Source: Clostridiales bacterium
GTDB taxonomy: Bacteria; Bacillota; Clostridia; Saccharofermentanales; Saccharofermentanaceae
Assembly: GCA_017513085.1 (NCBI GenBank)
Contig: JAFWDK010000010.1
Location: forward strand, 192,001 to 256,000
DNA: 64,000 bases
Direction of reading: 5' to 3'
Part shown: piece by piece, positions 58,985 to 64,000 of the stretch
How the letters are laid out: every line of letters begins with the position of its first letter
How positions within the stretch are numbered: the first letter of the stretch is position 1
Notes under the pieces: generated by a model
Database searches by the model: none
Told to the model about the DNA's origin: nothing
What the model saw: only the letters and a program-made list of their open reading frames with translations
Position numbers and translations under genes: made by a program

Positions 58985-60397
58985 ATGTTTTCAAAGAGTC
59001 AGGATAATGTATTTACTATGAAGGCACAAAAACTCATGGCGATCTTATTGACTCTGTCTTTTTCTTTAGCTTTATTCGGATGCCGGAAGGTGAACAGTTC
59101 TTTTCCATCTGTAGAAGTAACCAGTACAGAAACTACGGAAACCACGACTGTAACGACAGAAACCAAGCATTTCACACACACGATCTCAATTGCTTCTCCA
59201 TTGTCATATGAGACTTGCGTATACATTGCCAAACTATATGCATTGAAGAACAGCGGTCAGCTGGCTGAGGGAGTCAGTGGTGAGAATATCACATTGGATT
59301 ATTTGGACAGCATCGATCTGCCGTTTGCTTTAAATGTCTATAGTACCGCGGAGACGGGATGTAATGCGGATACTTTACGGCAGTGGCAGGAAAGCGGAAG
59401 TTTGCCGGATATCTTTCTGACTGACAGCTTTGACGAGGTGGTACAGGCAGGTTACGCGATCCCTGTTACGCGTTATCTGTCCGATGAGACGCTTCTGACA
59501 CCAGGAAATATTTATCCTAAGATGCTTGAACAGCTTTATTTGAATAATGAGTATTATGGGATCCCGTATCAGGCTTCGGCTTATCTTATGTATGCCGATA
59601 TGGAAGTCCTGAACCGTGCTGGGATCCAGGAAATCTCCTTTAAGCAGGATCTTAATTCTTTTGGCGCAATCCTCGATACTCTTTCCGGTCTGAATGCGGA
59701 AGCTATGGAGATACTTCCGTTTTATCTTGCACAAGGTTTGATCCCTTATCTTCCGATCTCACTTTATGGTGATACGTATCGCTCTGTCCGTGATGGAAAA
59801 ACGCTGAGCAGCAAGAGCTGGAAAGACAGTTTGGAATACTTGAAGACGGTGGTGGCCTCCGGGAAAGCTTATGAGAGTCTTGACACGGAAACTGTTTCCA
59901 CGTTTTTTCAAGGAATGTCCCCCTTGCTGTCTCGCAAAGTCGGGATCTGGGCAGGTTCTTCCGATGAAGTGTCCCGTTACGACAATTATATGCCCAATAC
60001 GCTTGTGATGATGCAGATTCCTTCAACTGACAAGGAAAACTATTCTCCGGCAATGCTTTCCGTGTATCCTCTGTGCATTTCTTCAAGTTGCGATCAGCCG
60101 GCTGAAACTGTGAAGTTCGCATCCTTTATGGCATTGGATGAGGATGCTCTTTTGCTGGCTTCCAGACTTGACCTGAAGGAAGGATTCCTTCCTGTCGTAT
60201 CTTCTTCGACGGTATGGAAGAATATGGTTTCCACGCAGAAATACGGATCTTTTCTTTCGCCGTTTCAATCTCTTATGCAGGATGCGGTCTATATCCCGGC
60301 TGTGACGGAAAAACAAGAATATGAGGCTGATCTTCAGTATATTGCCACGCATTTGGATTCGCTGATCGTAGAGAAGATCACGGAAGAAACGGAGTAG
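58985..60397 (+). CDS. Extracellular solute-binding lipoprotein (family 1, sugar-type), orphan
   Basis: Lipobox LFGC, Thr linker, SG.LPDIF, YGIPY.....LMY motifs. True start may be a downstream ATG. Confidence 0.75.
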   Translation: MFSKSQDNVFTMKAQKLMAILLTLSFSLALFGCRKVNSSFPSVEVTSTETTETTTVTTETKHFTHTISIASPLSYETCVYIAKLYALKNSGQLAEGVSGENITLDYLDSIDLPFALNVYSTAETGCNADTLRQWQESGSLPDIFLTDSFDEVVQAGYAIPVTRYLSDETLLTPGNIYPKMLEQLYLNNEYYGIPYQASAYLMYADMEVLNRAGIQEISFKQDLNSFGAILDTLSGLNAEAMEILPFYLAQGLIPYLPISLYGDTYRSVRDGKTLSSKSWKDSLEYLKTVVASGKAYESLDTETVSTFFQGMSPLLSRKVGIWAGSSDEVSRYDNYMPNTLVMMQIPSTDKENYSPAMLSVYPLCISSSCDQPAETVKFASFMALDEDALLLASRLDLKEGFLPVVSSSTVWKNMVSTQKYGSFLSPFQSLMQDAVYIPAVTEKQEYEADLQYIATHLDSLIVEKITEETE

Positions 60398-60412
60398 AAG
60401 GGAGGCGCGAAG

Positions 60413-61522
60413 ATGCTGGATATTGCTTTATCTCCGATTCGTATCATGGATGCGGATAGAATTAAGGAAAAAGCTATATTGAGTAGAGTCACGGACGACG
60501 TGCCGTCTTTCATCCGCGCATTGCAAAATGATCCGGATAAGATCTTCTTTGTCGCTTCGGTAAAAGCACTTGACGGTGAGTATATTATGGGTGTTCTGGG
60601 TCTTGAGAATATCTCCAGAAGGAACAGAAGTGCCATGGCCGTCATGTTTTTAGCTGATAATCTTCCTTTTCTGGAAGATAGTGGATATACCGACGACCCG
60701 GCTATGGAGTACTATAAAAAAGCTTGGGACCAGCTTCTCCGCTATGCGTTTTTTCATGAACACATTCATCGTGTCAGCGTGGAAGTCCCGGTCAATGATT
60801 CCCGCTCGGCCCGTATCGTGGAAGAATGCCATATGACGCAGGACGCTGTTCTTGAAGAGGCATTGGTCATCGATGGCGTTTACTCAGATGCCGCCTTGTT
60901 TTCGCTTTTGGATTCGGATTATCCGGACTATTCAGTCGGCTTTGTTGCCTATCAACGAGGCGTAATAGCGATTCGGGGAGATAACGAGACCGTAGAATCA
61001 ACACGATTTTATGCCTACAATGCACAGATCGACGATGATTTGGACCGTAATGTGGCGATCCGTACCGGAATTGCCGATGAGCATGGCGTTTTCAAGCCTT
61101 TTGGATCTCCTGAGTATCAGGAGTTAAAGGAGATTGCTTTCCCGGACGAAGTGCAAAAGTGTATCCACGAGCTTTCCGAGTATTTTTCGAAGAGACGGAC
61201 CAGCTTTACCGTACATACTTTTCCACCTTACGGAAGTGCTTTTCAAAAGAAAGTTTGGGACGAGATCAAGAAGATTCCATATGGTGTGACCCGAAGCTAT
61301 GAGGACATAGCTTTGGCTCTTACCGGAAATGATAAGATCGCGGCACGAAACATGACCAGAGCGGTCGGCTCGGCTTGCCGGGATAATCCGCTACCGATCC
61401 TGGTGCCGTGCCACCGCGTAATTGGTAAAGACGGAAAACTTGTCGGTTTTTCCAGTGGCCTTGAATACAAAGGATATCTGTTGGATCACGAAATGTTCGG
61501 TATCCATATTCTGACAGAGTGA
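60413..61522 (+). CDS. RimJ/RimL-type GNAT-like domain fused to a methylated-DNA-[protein]-cysteine S-methyltransferase (Ogt)
   Basis: N-terminal YAF.....HRV...V...., EEC....DAVL; C-terminal FQ..VW....IPYG.T.SY, RAVG.A...NP.PI.VPCHRV.G..G.L.GF..GL..K..LL.HE. Confidence 0.85.
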   Translation: MLDIALSPIRIMDADRIKEKAILSRVTDDVPSFIRALQNDPDKIFFVASVKALDGEYIMGVLGLENISRRNRSAMAVMFLADNLPFLEDSGYTDDPAMEYYKKAWDQLLRYAFFHEHIHRVSVEVPVNDSRSARIVEECHMTQDAVLEEALVIDGVYSDAALFSLLDSDYPDYSVGFVAYQRGVIAIRGDNETVESTRFYAYNAQIDDDLDRNVAIRTGIADEHGVFKPFGSPEYQELKEIAFPDEVQKCIHELSEYFSKRRTSFTVHTFPPYGSAFQKKVWDEIKKIPYGVTRSYEDIALALTGNDKIAARNMTRAVGSACRDNPLPILVPCHRVIGKDGKLVGFSSGLEYKGYLLDHEMFGIHILTE

Positions 61523-61535
61523 AGGATAAGCATCT

Positions 61536-62252
61536 ATGACTAAAATCTCGATTTCTCCATCAACAATTTTAAATCCTGTTCCGGTCGTTATGGTCTCATG
61601 TGCGGGCAAAGACCCGGAAAAAGAAGGCTTTGGACCGAATATCATTACTGTTGCCTGGGCCGGTACCGTCAATTCAGAGCCTCCGATGGTCTCTATATCG
61701 ATAAGGAAATCCCGCCATTCTCACGATTTGATCTGTGAGACTTCTGAGTTTGTCATCAACCTTGTCTCCCAAAAGCTTGTGAAAGCCTGTGATTACTGTG
61801 GTGTGAGAAGTGGTGCCAAAGAGGATAAGTTTGTTTCGATGAATCTTCATCCGGTCCCGATGCCGGGAGTTTCTTATGCGCCGGCTATATCGGAAGCTCC
61901 GGTCTCGATTGCGTGCAAAGTTAAGGATGTTATTGAACTTGGTTCTCATGATATGTTCCTTGCTGAAGTAACAGGTGTTACGGTCGAAGAATCGCTTATG
62001 GACGAAAAAGGTAAGATATGCCTCGAAAAGACCGGCCTTGTGGCTTATTCGCATGGTGAATACTATCTTTTGGGAGAGGTTTTAGGTTTCTTCGGGTATT
62101 CTGTCGCGTCCAAGGATGCGCTGAGACGCAGGATGCCGAAGAAAACTTCCGGAAAAAAGAAGCCTTCCGGAGCCCCCAAAGGTTATAAAAGCTCCTCCAG
62201 GCCGGTTCGCGACTCGAAAAAACCAAATGGCAAAAACAAAGGAAAACACTGA
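61536..62252 (+). CDS. Flavin reductase-like (flavoredoxin) protein
   Basis: PVPVVMVS, NIIT.AW.G, EFVIN, DYCG..SG...DK, LGSHDMF. Confidence 0.9.
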   Translation: MTKISISPSTILNPVPVVMVSCAGKDPEKEGFGPNIITVAWAGTVNSEPPMVSISIRKSRHSHDLICETSEFVINLVSQKLVKACDYCGVRSGAKEDKFVSMNLHPVPMPGVSYAPAISEAPVSIACKVKDVIELGSHDMFLAEVTGVTVEESLMDEKGKICLEKTGLVAYSHGEYYLLGEVLGFFGYSVASKDALRRRMPKKTSGKKKPSGAPKGYKSSSRPVRDSKKPNGKNKGKH

Positions 62253-62327
62253 TTTTTACTTTCGGGAAGAGTAGTAGTATTTTCACAAAAATGTAATGTT
62301 CCAACATTGTTTTGGTTGTGAAATAAG

Positions 62328-62385
62328 TTGACAATCGAAGTAATTTATATATAAAATTATAGGGTGTTCTTACGGAACACTCTAT
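62328..62385 (+). promoter_or_regulatory. Promoter and 5' hairpin of rny
   Basis: TTGACA at 62328 with an AT-rich -10 near 62350-62357; hairpin ATAGGGTGTTC-TTACG-GAACACTCTAT at 62359-62385. Confidence 0.6.
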
Positions 62386-62406
62386 TTGAATCTTGAAAAT
62401 TAAATA

Positions 62407-63996
62407 TTGGAGGTGAGTACCATAGAACTTTGGTTAGCAATTCTTTTAATTGTAATTGCTTTCGTAGTTGGTGCTCTCATCAGTGTGTTTTTTTCCGTAT
62501 TATATTATCGCAAGGGCATGTCGGCTAAGCAGAAGAAGCTTGAAGAAGATATGACTAAAGCTGAAGAAGATGCTGAGAAAGTAATTGGTGAGGCGCAGAA
62601 AACTGCTGAAAGCAGAAAGAGAGAACTTCTTTTACAGGCTAAGGAGGAGATCACCAACGCTAAGTTGGAATTGGAGCGTGATGTACGCGAAAAGAAATCC
62701 GAGATAGCCAGAGAGAGAAACCGTTTGGATCAGAAGGAGGAATCCCTCAATCGTAAGATCGAAGCCATGGAACAGAAAGAAGAGGCTTTGGATTCACGGG
62801 TGAGCGACGTTATGGCCATGGAGGAAAAGGCCAAGGAACTCGAACACCAGAAAGTGATTGAGTTGGAAAAGGTATCCGGTTTGTCCGTTAGTGATGCCAG
62901 AAATCTTGTTTTGGATGCTGCGAAGCAGGAATATAGCCATGATATGGCGGTAATGCTTAAGCAGATGGAGGAGCAGACGAAGGCTGAAGCGGATAAGCGA
63001 GCACGTGAAGTGGTAGTAAATGCTATTCAGCGTTATGCTTCGGACTATGTTTCCGAGGTGACCGTATCGGTGGTGTCCCTGCCGAATGATGAGATGAAGG
63101 GACGTATTATCGGCCGAGAGGGAAGAAATATTCGTGCAATTGAGACAAGCACAGGAGTAGACATTATTATTGATGATACTCCAGAGGCCGTTATCCTATC
63201 GAGTTTTGACCCGATTCGACGTGAGATTGCGCGTCTTACGATCGAGAGATTGATTTTGGATGGTCGTATCCATCCTGCCAGAATCGAAGAAATGTGTAAT
63301 AAAGCCCGTAAGGAAGTCAACCAGACGATCAAACAAGAAGGTGAGAGAGCCGCGTTTGATACTGGAATTGTCGGGTTGAATCCTGAGATCATTAAGTATC
63401 TTGGACGTTTGCGTTATCGTACGAGTTATGGGCAGAATGTGTTGCAACATTCAATTGAAGTCGCCTGGCTGGCAAGCATGATGGCGGCGGAATTAGGTCT
63501 GGATGAAATGCTTGCTCGTAGAGCAGGTCTTTTACATGATATCGGAAAAGCTGCAGACTTTGAACTTGAGGGTTCTCATATAGAACTTGGTGCAGATATC
63601 GCACGCCGTTATAAAGAAAATGACACGGTGGTCAATGCGATCCAGTCGCACCATGGTGACGTCGAACCGACATCTGAAATCTCGGTGCTGGTTGCTGCTG
63701 CAGATGCTATTTCTGCCGCGAGACCGGGTGCACGTCGTGAAAATATGGAAACGTATGTTAAGAGAATCCAAAAACTTGAAGAGATCGCTACAAGTTTCGA
63801 TGGTGTCGAGAAAGCTTTCGCAATCCAGGCGGGTCGTGAGATCCGCGTAATGGTTAGCCCTGAAAAGGTTTCGGATGACGATATGATCCTTAAGGCTCGT
63901 GACATCTGCAAGAAGATCGAAGAAGAGCTGGATTATCCGGGACAGATCAAGGTCAACATTATTCGAGAGACCCGTGCTTCGGATGTAGCAAAGTAA
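62407..63996 (+). CDS. rny: Ribonuclease Y (start codon uncertain: TTG 62407 or ATA 62422)
   Basis: N-terminal TM, coiled coil, KH domain ([13 protein letters not shown]), HD domain (LLHDIGK), [14 protein letters not shown]. Confidence 0.98.
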   Translation: MEVSTIELWLAILLIVIAFVVGALISVFFSVLYYRKGMSAKQKKLEEDMTKAEEDAEKVIGEAQKTAESRKRELLLQAKEEITNAKLELERDVREKKSEIARERNRLDQKEESLNRKIEAMEQKEEALDSRVSDVMAMEEKAKELEHQKVIELEKVSGLSVSDARNLVLDAAKQEYSHDMAVMLKQMEEQTKAEADKRAREVVVNAIQRYASDYVSEVTVSVVSLPNDEMKGRIIGREGRNIRAIETSTGVDIIIDDTPEAVILSSFDPIRREIARLTIERLILDGRIHPARIEEMCNKARKEVNQTIKQEGERAAFDTGIVGLNPEIIKYLGRLRYRTSYGQNVLQHSIEVAWLASMMAAELGLDEMLARRAGLLHDIGKAADFELEGSHIELGADIARRYKENDTVVNAIQSHHGDVEPTSEISVLVAAADAISAARPGARRENMETYVKRIQKLEEIATSFDGVEKAFAIQAGREIRVMVSPEKVSDDDMILKARDICKKIEEELDYPGQIKVNIIRETRASDVAK

Positions 63997-64000
63997 TGAA

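Noticed and set aside
62365-62379. Possible LexA box upstream of rny
   Set aside because: Orientation and spacing are GTTC-N5-GAAC, not GAAC-N4-GTTC; better explained as an RNA hairpin.

Overview
A 64-kb chromosomal window from an anaerobic Firmicute (Clostridia-like gene order and GGAGG ribosome-binding sites; no taxonomic search was run). Most of it is housekeeping: htpG, purL, rsmA, a U32 protein, dut, tsaD, smpB, pdp, ruvCAB with a LexA box, queH, rqcH, two prs genes, engB, comEC, holA, icd, radC, mreCD-mrdA, secA and rny, plus tRNA-Arg(CCT) and tRNA-Thr(CGT). I saw no integrase, transposase, rRNA or CRISPR array. Main candidates for an undescribed system: (1) a minus-strand operon between the two tRNAs encoding a TM1266-type ACT protein, a FecCD/BtuCDF-type ABC importer whose ATPase carries a second TM1266 domain, and a nitrogenase-like NifH plus two component-1 subunits, preceded by a riboswitch-like leader with a terminator; (2) a Tad/Flp minor-pilin cluster in which a TadE-like pilin is fused to an apparently degenerate CdiA EC869-like nuclease domain, behind Spo0A-box-like repeats; (3) a pnp-ahcY-mtaD cluster whose hydrolase has the HxExK signature of S-inosylhomocysteine hydrolases. 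Several apparent pseudoenzymes (PP2C, alpha/beta hydrolase, MgsA, second Prs) and a cell-shape operon lacking mreB, minCDE and rodA are also noted. All family assignments come from motif recognition by eye, not database searches.
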